NCBI RefSeq assembly: GCF_030028105.1 | Contig: NC_092383.1 | Location: 85,889,921-85,953,920 of the forward strand | Length of the DNA stretch: 64,000 bases | Reading direction: 5' to 3' | Source: Mobula birostris | Taxonomy: Eukaryota | Part shown: piece by piece, positions 50,925 through 63,340 of the stretch | Numbering within the stretch: position 1 is the first letter of the stretch | How the letters are laid out: each line of letters opens with the position of its first letter | Program-made: the position numbers and the translations under genes | Notes under the pieces: generated by a model | Databases searched by the model: none | Seen by the model: only the letters and a program-made list of their open reading frames with translations | What the model was told of the DNA's origin: nothing

Positions 50925-53605
50925 AAGACGGCTGCTATTGAGAGCTGAACGTCCAAGGATATACAGTGTATCGGAAAGATAGGTTAGTAGGCAGAAGGGG
51001 TGATGTGACCCTGTGTGTAAAAAATAATATTAAATCATTAGAAAGGGATGACATAGGATTGGAAGGTGTAGGGTCTCTATGGGTTGAGTTAAGAAATGGC
51101 AAGGGTAAAAGGACCCTAATGGCAGTTGTGTACAGACCTTCAAACTGCAGCTGGGATGTGGATTACAAACTTCAGCAGGAGATAGAAAGGGCATGTCATA
51201 AGGGCAATGTCATGATTTGGGGATTTTAACATGAAAGCGGATTGGGAAAACCAGGTCAATACTGGACCTCAAGAGAGAGGATTTGTAGAATGTCTAAGGA
51301 ATGGCTTTTAGAACATCTTGCTGTTGAGCCCACGAGGCTGTGCTGGATTGGGTGTTGTGCAATGATCCGCAGGTGATAAGAGAGCTTAAGGTTAAGGAAA
51401 CCTTAAGGAACAGTGATCACAATATGATCGTTCACTTTGAAATTTGAGAAGGAGAAACTAAATTCAAATGTGTTTGTATTTCAGTGGAATAGAGGAAATT
51501 ACAATGGCATGAGAGAGGAACTGGCCAAAGTTGATTGGAAAGGAAGGACAGCAGAGCAGCAATGTCTGGAGTTTCTGCGAAAAATGAGGGAAGTGCAAAG
51601 CAGATATATTCCAAATAAGAAGAAATTTTTGAGTGAAGAAGGACACTACCATGGCTGACAAGTGAAGTCAGAGCCAAAGTAAAAGCAAAAGAGAGGGAAT
51701 ACACAAAGAAGCCAGAGCTAGTTGGGAGATGGAGGATTGGGAAACTTTTAAAAACTTGCAGAAGGAAACTAAGAAGGTCATTAGGAAGGAAAAAATGAAT
51801 TATGAGAGGAAGCTGGTAACTAATATCAAAAAAGATACTAAAAGCTTTTTTAAGTATATGAAGGGTAAAAGAGAGTCGAGGGTAGATATAGGAGCAATAA
51901 AAATGATGCTGGAGATATTGTAATGATAGACACAGAGATGGCATATTTTGCATCAGTTTTCACAGTGGAAGACATCTGCAGTATACCGGATATTCAAGAG
52001 TGTCAGGGAAGTGAAATATGTGCAGTGAAAATTATGACTGAGAAGGTGCTCGGGAAGCTTAATGGTTTGAAGGTGGACAAATCTCCTGGACCTGATAGAA
52101 TGTACCCTTGGGTTCTGAAGGAAGTAGCTGGAGAGATTGTGGAGGCATTGGCAATAATCTTTCAAGAATAAATAGATTCTGGCATTGTACCAGATGACTG
52201 GAAAATTGCAAATGTTATTCTGCTATTTAAGATGGGTGGCAGACAGCAGAAAGGAAACAATAGACCTGCTAGCCTGACATCAGTGGTTGGGAAGTTGTTG
52301 GAATTGATTGTTAGGGATGAAATTACAGGGTACCTGGAGGCATATTACAAGATAGGCCAAAGCTAGCATAGTTTCCTGAAAGGAAAATACTGCCTGACTA
52401 ACCCACTGCAATTTTTTGAAGAAATTACAAGCATGGAAAGCAAAAGAGATGCAGTGGATGTGGTGTACTTGGATCTTCCGAAGGCCTTTGACAAGATGCC
52501 GCACATGAGGCTACTTAGCAAGATAAGAGCCCATGGAATTACAGGGAAGTTACTAGCATGGGTGGAGCATTGGCTGATTGGCAGAAAGCAGAGAGTGGGA
52601 ATAAAGGGATCCTATTCTGGCTGGCTGCCAGTTACCAGTGGAGATCCACAGGGGTTGGTGTTGGGACTGTTGCTTTTTACGATGTATGTACATGATTTAG
52701 TCTATGGGATTTGTGGCTAAATTTGCTGATGATACAAAGATAGGTGGCGGAGTGGGTAGCGTTGAGGAAACAGAGAGCCTGCAAAGAGACTTAGATAGTT
52801 TAGGGGAATGGGCAAAGAAGTGGCAAATGAAATACAATTTTGGAAAGTATGGTCATGCAGTTTGGTGGAAGAAATAAATGGGCAGGCTATTATTTAGATG
52901 GGGAGAGAATACAAACTGCAGAGATGCAAAGGGACTTGGAAGTCCTTGTGCCGGATACCCTAAAGGTTAACCCCCAGGTTGAGTCAGTTGTGAAGGCGAA
53001 AGCAATGTTGGCATTCATTTCTAGAGGTATAGAATATAAGAGCAGGGATGTGATGTTGAGGGTTTATAAGGCACTTATGAGATCACACTTGAAGATTCAC
53101 AAGAATGAATCCAGGAATGAAAAAGTTACTGTATGAGAAACATCTGGGAGCTCTTGGGCTATATTTCCTGGAGTTCAGGAAAATAAGGGGGGGGTTCTCA
53201 TAGAAACATTCCGAATGTTAAAAGGCCTGAACAGATACAAAATGGCAAAGTTATTTCCCATGGTAGGGGAGTCGAGGACAAGAGGGCATGACTTCAGGAT
53301 TGAAGGATGTCCATTTAGAACAGAGATGCAGAAAAATTACTTTTCAGAGAGTGGTAAATCTGTGGAATGTTTTGCCATGAGCAGCTGTGGAGGCCAAGTC
53401 ATTTGGTATATTTAAGGCAGAGATAGATAGGTTCTTGATTAGCCAGGGTAATCAAGAGCTATGGGTAATAAAGGGTATGGGGAGAAGGCAGGCGAGTGGG
53501 GATGACTGGAAGAATTGGAGCAGCCCATGATTGAATGGCGGAGCAGACTCGATGGGCCAAATGGCCTACTTCTGCTCCTATACCCTATGGTCTTATGGTC
53601 TTATG
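50925..53605 (+). mobile_element. CR1 LINE ORF2 (endonuclease-RT), decayed
   Basis: MYRKDR..SLWVELRNGKG..VYRP, VDVVYLDLPKAFDKMPH, and ggtcttatggtctt tail. Confidence 0.88.
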
Positions 53606-55699
53606 GATAGTTGGGTCTTCAAGTTGATTGGCTGCTTTACCATGTCAGTGAAGAGTATTAAAATCGATTAAAAATATAAATTATTACAAATATCCATAAA
53701 GTATAATTATGTATGTATGAACACATGTGTATAACAATCAGGATGTGGGGAGAAGCTGAGGTAATATCTACAGATCCTTCTGCACTCACAGTAAAGGATC
53801 TAATAAAGGAAACACTGCATCTGCTTAAAACTAGCTCTCCTACAAAAGTCAACTCCCTCCAAATCCCACACTGGTTTGGACATTGATTGTTGAGTTCTCA
53901 CTGGTGTCATGTCAAAATCTTTTCTCCTCTGGACTGTGGAACATCTCCAACAGACCCAGCAGAAAGCCTGCAGTGAATGCAAGACCAAATGCTCTCAAAT
54001 TGGACCCTACAATTAGTGCTAATCAGGCATCCACTTAAGTAATACAAGTAACATGGAATTCCTGAGCCTATTAAGATAAGCTTAACAAGTTTAAACAGAA
54101 AGCACCAGGGTTCATATTACAAAGAGTGAGTCACTCAATAAATACCCAAGGATCTCGAAAGGATTAATGACTCTTGTCAAACTACAATTAAGTAATTCAG
54201 GTGCTCTAAAAACTTCGAAGCTCAATGGTCTCCGGCTCCCCACACAGGCACAATGAGCTCATTACAGACAGAAAGGATTAATGAGAGTAGGGCAGTGGAT
54301 GTTGTCCACATGAACCTTAGTAAGGCCTTTGACAAGGACCCAGATGTACATTACTCCAGAGGTTTAGATCAACATGGGATTCAGGATTCAGATTCAGGTA
54401 CCAAATTAAATATAACAGTGGCTTGGTGGAAGGAGTTAGCAGATTGTAGTGGGGTTTTTCAAATTGGAGGTATTGGATTTTAATAAGGTAAACCAGGGCA
54501 AGGCATACACAGTAAAATGGTAGGAGAATGTTCTAGAAAAGAGATCGAGGCTTCCAGGTACATTGTTACCTGAAAGTGGTGTCACAGGTAAACAGGGTAC
54601 TGAAAAAGGCATTTGGTACATTTACTTTGTTGTCCAGGATGGTGAGTACTGTACAAGATTATTATATGATGTTATGGCTGTATAAGATGTTAATGAGATA
54701 TCATTAGACTGGAAAGGGTGCCGCAGAAAAATCATGAGGAAAATCCTGAGAATGGAGGGCTAGAGTTATAATGGAGGGTTGGATAGGCTGAGACTTTTGT
54801 CCTGGAGCTTAGAATGCTGATGGGTCATTTAACAGAGGTATATAAAATCATGAGGGGCATCGATAAGGTGAATGATCACTGTCATTTTACAAGGGGAGGG
54901 GACAGTAAAGTGAGCAGGTCCAGGCTAAAATTGAGTAGGGAAAGGACCTAAGGAGCAACCTTATATACAGAGGGTCTTGGGTATATGGAACAAGCTGCCA
55001 CATCAATCCATAGAAATGGATACAGTTACAAAGGTTAAAAGACATTTTGACAGATATGTGAATAGGAAAGGCTTAGAACAGGGCCTCACAAACTTTTTTA
55101 TGCCCTGGACCTGACAATACATAATTCAGGCACTTCAGTTTATTAATGTGTAATTAATCTGTAAATTTCATTCTCACTTTCATAGGTTATTATGCATACT
55201 GCAGTGCTTTACACCTTGGTTTGGAGAAACATTGCCTCACTGGACAGTATACATGTATGTAGTTAAATGACAATAAACTTCACTTGACTGGACTGGACTG
55301 GACTTGACCCCAGGTTGGGAGCCCCTGGCAGAGAAGGATATGGAATAAATAAAATTAAATGTGCTCAACTTAGATGGACATCCTGGTTGGCTTGGACGAG
55401 TCAGGCTGAAGGGCCTGTTGATCTAATATATAACAAAGACATTACAATTCTATACATGAGCTTCAACTGCTATGCTTAAATTATTAAATAATTTGGGAAA
55501 ATAAATTTATCTTTGATCTCAGGCTTGACACATGTTCAACAAAATCAGGAATGCTCAGTTTCCAAGATATGAGTTTGTTGAAGTTAATCATGTCAAATAT
55601 GATAAACACTAGTTAAAGAGAAACAAATTTCTCTCCCAACTGGTTCTACTTGGAAGCAGTAGCAGTGAAACCACCTGCAGAGAAAACCTTATACTTTAC

Positions 55700-55778
55700 A
55701 TTTGAGCTGAAGTAGTTTCTTCCCTTTGTGCAGTTGTCATCAATTCTGTCACAGTCTTTTCACAGAAATCAATTGGCC
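55700..55778 (-). CDS. Stalk exon (GPIDFCEKTVTELMTTAQREETTSAQ) of the 59-62 kb copy
   Basis: Very strong acceptor ttttattttattttcttttaacag and gtaaag donor. 79 bp, phase 1 to 2, Thr/Glu-rich with a Cys, in unique sequence. Confidence 0.7.
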
Positions 55779-56074
55779 CTGTTAAAAGAAAATAAAATAA
55801 AATTTCATCTGCATTGTACTTGCAAGAACAAGAGATCACAATTGTTAGACCAATAGGTACTTGAGCATGGAGGACCAAAGGTGATCTATTACCTGATGAA
55901 CACTTAAAGGTTAAAGATGAGATTTATTTGTCTCATGTACATCAGATCATACAGTGAAATACATTGTTGACAACAGTGACCAACAGCGTTTGTGGTGGGG
56001 GCAGCCTGCAAGTGTTCCATGCTTCTCGCACCAAAATGGCTTCCTCAGGATTTACTCATCCTAACCTGAATTGA

Positions 56075-56720
56075 GTCAGTAGTGAAGAAGGCGAATGCAA
56101 TGTTGGCATTCATTTCTAGAGGAATAGAGTATAGGAGCAGGGATGTGATGTTGAGGCTCTATAAGGCGCTGGTGAGACCTCACTTGGAGTACTGTGGGCA
56201 GTTTTGGTCTCCTTATTTAAGAAAGGATGTGCTGACGTTGGAGAGGGTGGAGAGAAGATTCACTAGAATGATTCCGGGAATGAGAGGGTTAACATATGAG
56301 GAACGTTTGTCCGCTCTTGGACTGTATTCCTTGGAGCTTAGAAGAATGAGGGGAGACCTCATAGAAACATTTCGAATGTTAAAAGGCATGGACAGAGTGG
56401 ATGTGGCAAAGTTGTTTCCCATGATGGGGGAGTCTAGTACGAGAGGGCATGACTTCAGGATTGAAGGGCGCCCTTTCAGAAACTTTTTTAGTCAGAGGGT
56501 GGTGAATCTATGGAATTTGTTGCCACGGGCAACAGTGGAGGCCAAGTCATTGGGTGTATTTAAGGCAGAGATTGATAGGTATCTGAGTAGCCAGGGCATC
56601 AAAGGTTATGGTGAGAAGGCGGGGCAGTGGGACTAAATAGGATAAAATGGATCAGCTCATGATAAAATGGCGGAGCAGATTCGATGGGCCGAATGGCCTA
56701 CTTCTGCTCCTTTGTCTTAT
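56075..56720 (+). mobile_element. Young CR1 3' end
   Basis: Uninterrupted 184-aa ORF 56082-56636 (LYKALVRPHLEYC..ELRRMRGDLIETF). Confidence 0.9.
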
Positions 56721-58199
56721 GGTCTAACCTGTGCATCTCTGGAACATGGGAGGAAACTGTGGCACCCGGAGGAAACCCATGCAGTCACTGGGAGAACGTA
56801 CAAACAACTTGCAAACAGTGGTGGGAATTGGACCCTGATCACTGATCACTGATGCTGTAATACTGTTACAGTAATTGCTGTGCTCCTGTGCAACCTATTA
56901 CATTTACTGGCAATTTGGATACAAGGAGATAATGGTTCAAGTACACTTTTTATCCAACAGGATAATGCAGGAGGTTTTCTCAATGAAAAAGCAAGGTCAC
57001 TTTTTTCTCATGTCTCTTGATGTCTCAACCTCTGAGAAAAATAACTCAATCTTTCTTGAATACAGGTTCACCACATTCTGGGAGAAGAAATCTTTCCTAA
57101 TCCCAGTCTTAAGTGTCTCACCCCTCAGATTATTTCGAAGATTCCAAGCTTACTTACTTACTGTCCGTTACACCACTGGTGTTTAGGGCAGCAATGAAGG
57201 TCTCCTATCTCTGGCAGTGTTCGGGGCTTCCTTCATTGTGTCAATAGATTCCTCTCGGTTTTCACTGCTGTCAGTCATGCAAGTCCCAGGTAGAGACTGA
57301 GCAATACCATCAAACTCTGATGGAAAAGGATTTTTCATTCCTGTTTCCATGACAATTTTGTTTAACCAGTCAGGCCTGTCAGTCCTGAGTGAATCCCCCA
57401 AATCTGGAGGATTGGGGGACCACTCTAAGTCTGGCCTCTACCCTTTGACCTCTTTGGCATGGGTGACCTGATGAACAGCCAAAGCATAAAGCCCTCACTC
57501 CAGCCAACGTAGCTCTCTGGGTCATTGAGGCATGCAAACCTCCAAATCTAACAAGTTTGTGGTTCTCTCGTGGTAAGACTCCATAGACTATCCTGTATCC
57601 CCTGGCACTGGAAGCATCCTACCTGCATCTGTATTACCCTGTTAAAATATTGCTCATTTCTATGTGATCACCTCTCAGCCTGCTGAACTCCATCAAATAA
57701 ACCCAATCAACCAAATCTCTGATCTTGTGTCAATTGTGGCATTCCAGAAATCAGTCTGGTGATCCTTTGCTTGCCTTCTTTCTTAACAAGAACATCTTTC
57801 ATTGAACCAAATCTGCTGACAATGCTGGTGGCCCAAGAGTGAGGCTCGAGTTAATGTTTGACCGATTTAAGCTTCAGGCCAGAAAGGAAAGATCGGGTAT
57901 GGGCCAAATCGAGGCGGTGAGTCCCGGGCACAAGAGCGTGTCAAAACAGCAAGAGCCCCTACCATCCAAGCCATGCTCTCTTCTTGCTGCTGTCGGTACA
58001 AAGGAGTTGCAGGGGGCTTAGATCCCGTATCACCAGGTTCTGGACCAGTTAATATCTTCAACCTGTAGGCTCCTGAAACATCATGGATAAATTCACTCAC
58101 CAACACTGAACTGATTCTGCAACCAATGGACTCACTTTCAAGGATTCTACAGTTCATCTTCTCAGCATATATTTATTTATTTATTTATTTATTTATCTC

Positions 58200-58585
58200 C
58201 TTTACCTTTCCCCATTCCCCTTTCCCTCTCTCACCATTCTGCAAACCTGCCCATGACCTCCCCCTGGTGCTCCTCCACTTTCCCTGCTTTCCATGGCCTT
58301 CTGTCCCCTCCTGTCAGATTTCCCCTTCTCCAGCCCTTTATCGCTTTCATCTTTACTTCACCCCTCCCACTCTCTTGATTTCACCTATCACCTATTACCT
58401 TGTACTTCTCCATCTCCTCCCACTGACTTTCTTACTTTGACTTCTAATCTGCTTTTCTTTCCAGTCCTGATGAAGGGTCTCAGCCCGAAATGATGACTGA
58501 TGTCTCTTTTCAGTAGATGTTGCCTGGCCTTCTGAGTACCTCCAGAAATTTGTGTGTAGTGCTTCCAGCATCTGCAGGTATTCTC
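58200..58585 (+). mobile_element. Penelope terminal-repeat fragment
   Basis: Pyrimidine-rich segment, then cctgatgaagggtctcagcccgaaatg and ccagcatctgcag. Confidence 0.65.
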
Positions 58586-59073
58586 TTGTTAATTATTTAT
58601 CTATTATTTGTTTCTTTTGTATTTGCACAATTTGTCTTATTTTGCACATTGATTGTTTGACATTTTTGATTGTGTGTAGTTTTACATTGAGTCTGTTGTA
58701 TTCATTTGTATCTACTGTGAATGCCTGCAAGAAAATGGATCTCGGGGTAGTATATGGTGACAAAAACGTAATTTATTTTCAACTTTGAAGTGGTTTAACT
58801 TGGAAGAACTATATTAATGAATGGCCAGAAATATTACCAGATGAGACACATTCACACCCAGCCAGCGAGAGTCAGATCAGAGACAGGAGACCCTGTGCTG
58901 AGAGACTCACATTTGAATGGCTGTGCCGAAAAGCTTTTCATTCTCTGAAACATGGTGACAACATACACTTAATGCTGCTGAGTGAAGTTCCAACAACACA
59001 ATATCCAGCACACATCAGTCATTCAGTTGTACTCCATCGACCATCATAAAGATTCAAACCCTCCAGCACTTAC

Positions 59074-59391
59074 CCGTACTGTTGACTTCAATCACATTTC
59101 TGCAGGTGATGACACTGTTGGAGATGGACACACTGACCATTCCACTGGACTTTGTTCCATTAACATTTGAGGCATTGCAATAATACATATGATTGCTGTA
59201 TTTTATGGATTGGCAATGTAGATCCAGTTTATTTGTGTCAGAGATCTTTGAATCCTCAGATGGCGTCTTTTCATACCATGAGTACTGAATGGGAAGGGAT
59301 CCATGGACAGACTCACAGGACACTGACACGGAGTCCCCACAACTTGAGCCACTTGGTGGTGAAAATCGAAGCAAAGGAACAGACACGGGTT
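59074..59391 (-). CDS. Ig C2-type exon, intact
   Basis: 318 bp, phase 1-1, ttccacag acceptor and gtaagt donor. EPVSVPLLRF..VSCESVHGSLPIQYSWYE..YYCNASN. Confidence 0.9.
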
Positions 59392-60359
59392 CTGTGGAAA
59401 ATAATCAGTGAACATCTGAAAATCAAACACACTAAACATTTCAGCAATTCTGTATCTCAACCGGGAGCCACCAGTTTGGAATCTCAGCAGCTCATCTACT
59501 CCACAGTGTCTCGTCATCCTCGCAGCTGCCAGAACATCCATGTCTGTCAGTATCACCGAAAACAGCAGGACTCCTGATCAGAACAACAGTGGTGACACAG
59601 AGTGTGTCAGTGTGAAAATCAGGACTTCAGTCTCTCTCAGCAGTGGGGAAACACTCTAAAGTGAGACCAAACAGTTTGACTCTGGAATGGCAGCATTGGT
59701 GGATGTTCTGGAAAACTCTCCATAGGTTGAAAGCAGGAAATTGTCAGATACATACAAAATGAATGGTGACTTTAAGGAGAGAGTGATTGGTTTCAGTAAC
59801 CTACAGCAGGAAGGGAATCTATTGGTATTGATATTGACATGAAGCCAACAAGGAATCAGGTGAGACCTGAGAACCAGAAAGACGATAAATCATAAGACCA
59901 TCAGACATAGGAGCAGAATTAGGCCATTCAGTCCATTCATGCTGCTCTACCATTCAATCATCGCTGATTTATTGCTCCTCTTCATATATTCTCCTGCCTT
60001 CTCTCTGTAACCATTGATGCCCTTACTTATCAAGAACCTATCAACTCTCCCTTAAATATACCCAAGGATTTAGCCTCCACAGCTTCCTGTGGAATTGAAT
60101 TCCACAGATTCACCAGCCTCTGGCTAAATAAATTACTCCTCATCTCTCTTTTAAAGAGATGTCCGTCTATTCTGAGTCTGTGCCCTTTGGTCCTAGAGGT
60201 CCACACTATAGGAAATATCCTCTCCACAACCACCAGGCATTTCAATGCTGGATAATTTTCCATGAAATCCACCCCCATTCTTCTAAATTCCTGCAAGGAC
60301 AGGCCCAGAAACTTCAAACGCTCCTCATACATTAGGGGAGTTTGACATCACCTGGACTT

Positions 60360-60655
60360 TATGAGGGGGTGACTGATAATTTTGTGGCCTAAGGTAGAAG
60401 GAGTCAATTAGAAAAGCTAGCACATTTATTTTCAACATAGTCCCCTCCTACATTTACACACTTAGTCCAGCGGTCATGGAGCATACGGATCCGTTCTTTG
60501 TAGAAGTCGGCGTCTTGGACCTCCAGAAAGTGGTCCACAGCAGGGTTGATTGATAAGTTCATGGCCTAAGGTAGAAGGAGATGAGTTGTACAGCTCTCGT
60601 TACATGCACATGTAGTTCAACTCTTTGAGTGATTATGCAGAAAGTTAATTACTCA
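60360..60655. mobile_element. Non-autonomous mariner-like element (uninterrupted copy)
   Basis: Matches the two halves at 26955-27022 and 29068-29310. Confidence 0.6.
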
Positions 60656-61693
60656 TTTCCAGGATTGAAGTGTATTAGCTATGGGTTGAAGTTCAACAAA
60701 CCAGAATTGTTTTTGCTGGTGTACAGGAGAGACCTGTGAGAAGTTTATAAAATAATTGAAGTCATATGTAGGGAAAATAGTCATAACCTTTTTCCCAGGG
60801 TTGAAATATCAAATAATAGTGAATATAGTTTTAAGGTGATCTGGGGGAAAGTTTAAAGGACATTTGTAAGACAAGTTTTTTTACAAGTTTTTTTTACACT
60901 AAGAGTGGTGACCCTATGAAACACACAGTCAGACTGGCTGTAAGAAAGGGATATCATAACAATATTTAAGAGGCTTTTAGATGAGGACATGAAAAAGGAG
61001 AGATTGGAGGGATATGGACCATATGCAATATGATGGAATGAGCTTAGAATGACATCATGATCAGTGCAGACATGCTGGGCCAAAGAGTCTATTCTTGGTC
61101 TGGAATGTGTGCTAAGTTCCCTCTAGTTCCATTGCTCCATTTCTCACAGCAATGGGTCAGATGGAGAGTCTGGCTGCCAGGAAGTGGATAGTCAATGGGT
61201 GTTGAGAGGTGGATTACTGGAGCACATTGAGGGGGACAGAGAGAAAGAGCACATGGTAGGGGAGGGAGTGAGTGATACTTGAAGCAGGGATCGGAAGTGG
61301 GATAGCCTGTCCTGGGAGGAATGAACACAGGCTGTTTTCATCTGGATTTGATTGCCTTTTTATGATTTTTGAGGTATTTAGATCATGAGTAACACTTGTT
61401 TCTCATTGACCTGTTATTATCAGATTATTAGATTTAGTCTGAATGTAAACTTCTGAGAGTGTGACATTTCATACAGTTCAGAGGCAGGAAAATGTGCCGA
61501 GCATCCCACTGGAAAACAGTGTCCAGTCAGTGGGTGAGAGCTATATGAGCGGGGTGTCCCGGCCCTCACCCGCTCCCTGTGAGATTCTGTACCTCTACAG
61601 AGCCTCAGGATGTCGGTGCTGCCCTACGCATTCCCAGAGAAAATATGAATCAGACAATTTGGTGGAGACACCGTCAATCAAGGAGAAACCTAC

Positions 61694-61991
61694 CGTCAGA
61701 TATGTGTAGATACACGTCAAACATTGGACATTCCACATCTGTAAATTCCTGTATCTTGAGAGACAAGATTCTCCATAGTAACAGAAACTATTCCCTGGGA
61801 TGTGTAATCTCTGATTGTCCTTCTTCCATACTGCTCATTTTTCCCATTTGTAATTACTAATGATACGCATAGGAGACCCCACATGCGGCACAAATACTTT
61901 GTGTGTGAACGGTACATTGGTGCATAGTGACAATCAATTGCGATCGCTCTTCCCACAACTCCTCTTACATTATCTTCTGCCCATAAAGCAC
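61694..61991 (-). pseudogene. Ig V-type exon with a 17-bp frameshifting deletion near the 3' end
   Basis: 298 bp versus 315 bp in paralogues. Reads ..DTGIYRCGMSNV*. Splice sites are canonical. Confidence 0.88.
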
Positions 61992-62929
61992 CTGAAACTG
62001 AGGGAGAAATTCTTCAAAAAATGGAAAGGTAAAAGCAAATTTACAGAAGCAGATTAAAGATTATTTTGTGTCATTTCCAGCACACGAGTGTAAAGGAGAA
62101 CAAAAAAAAATTGTTACTCCAGATCCAATGCAGCACCAAGAAGACAGAAATGATAAAGAACGTGATAATAATGAATAAGGATATTTTATTGAAAGCTGTT
62201 ACTGTGTTCTAAGGAAACAGCCCACACTGTCTATGGGTATAATTGAATTCCAGGGAAACTGAGAAGACAACAGCATCGTTCCTCATTACATACTCAGAGC
62301 TCTTCACAAGTTATTTGATTGGAGTCAACATTGTCACTGCCCACTAATGTCTCAGTGTGTTTCCACATTTCTGAGTCAGTCCCAATCCAGGCAGGTGAGG
62401 AAAAGATCAGTGGGGGGGGGGTAACTTACTGGAGGCAATTGTGTGAGACAGGATTTGCCTGAATTTGTAAAGACAAGATCTGATTTGGGATAGCCGACAT
62501 GATTTTGTGCATGAAAGAACCTCTCTGAAATGAAATTGACTGAGTTTTTTTGAAAGGCTGACCAAAGGGACTGATGAGAGTAAGGAGTTTAGCAAGGCTT
62601 TTGACAGGGTCTCACATTGTAGACTGATCTGCAATGTGAGATCACATGGGATGCTAGCTGGATCGATACTGAATAAGCTTGGTGGAACTAGTTAGCTTGG
62701 TAGTGGAGTGTTGTTTTTTTGACAATATTAGACTTCTTCACCAGTTGAGTGCTGCTGGGATCAGTATTCTTATTTATTAACCAGTTACTTTCACCTATAT
62801 CGATAATTTGTAACAATATTGTAGGTGTCATGATTAATAATTTGTGGACGTCACAGTAATGTAGTGGACAGTGAAAAGAGTTGTTGAATTTTACAACTGG
62901 ATCTGGAAAATGAAAAAGTGTTCAGTCCC

Positions 62930-63340
62930 ATTTCTCTCTGTCAGCAAGATACTCTGCACCTGTGCCCATCCTGTCTGCCTGAATTTGACCTGTCTCCTGC
63001 TCTTCTTGCTACTACCATTGGGCAGGAGGTGGAGGAGTCTTGGGTCCCACACGACCGGCTCCTGGACCAGCTTCATTCACCTCAGCACCGAACTGACTCT
63101 GAAGCTGTGGATTCACTTTTGGGGACTCTGCGATTCATGATCTATGTATTATTTGTTTACATATTTTTAGTATTTGCATGATTCATCTTCTTTTACACAT
63201 TTGATATTTGTCAGCCTTTATTGTGTGTGGCTTGCCGTGGATTCCATTGTGTTACTTTGTTTTGTGGGTGTTTGCAAGAAGATGAATCTCTAGTTTGTTT
63301 GTGGTGTACAGACTTTGATAATAAATTTACCTTGAACTTT
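62930..63340 (+). mobile_element. Rex1/Babar-like 3' fragment, shared with upstream of the other V exons
   Basis: Similar to 35830-36190 and 17040-17170; tail gaagatgaatctc..gataataaattt..gaactttgaac. Confidence 0.55.

Noticed and set aside
53640-53852. Hydrophobic ORF as the TM exon of the 59 kb copy
   Set aside because: AT-rich sequence gives hydrophobic codons in any frame, and there is no consistent frame between acceptor and donor. A degenerate TM cannot be fully excluded.
58911-58944. 34-nt phase 1-to-2 candidate stalk exon (ENEKLFGTAIQ)
   Set aside because: Weak acceptor, no Cys and no paralogue. The exon at 55700-55778 is a far better stalk.
16200-61700. V(D)J-type rearranging segments or RSS next to the V exons
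   Set aside because: Each complete V ends in a splice donor (gtaggt) with no CACAGTG heptamer or nonamer, and includes its own G strand. These are non-rearranging receptors.
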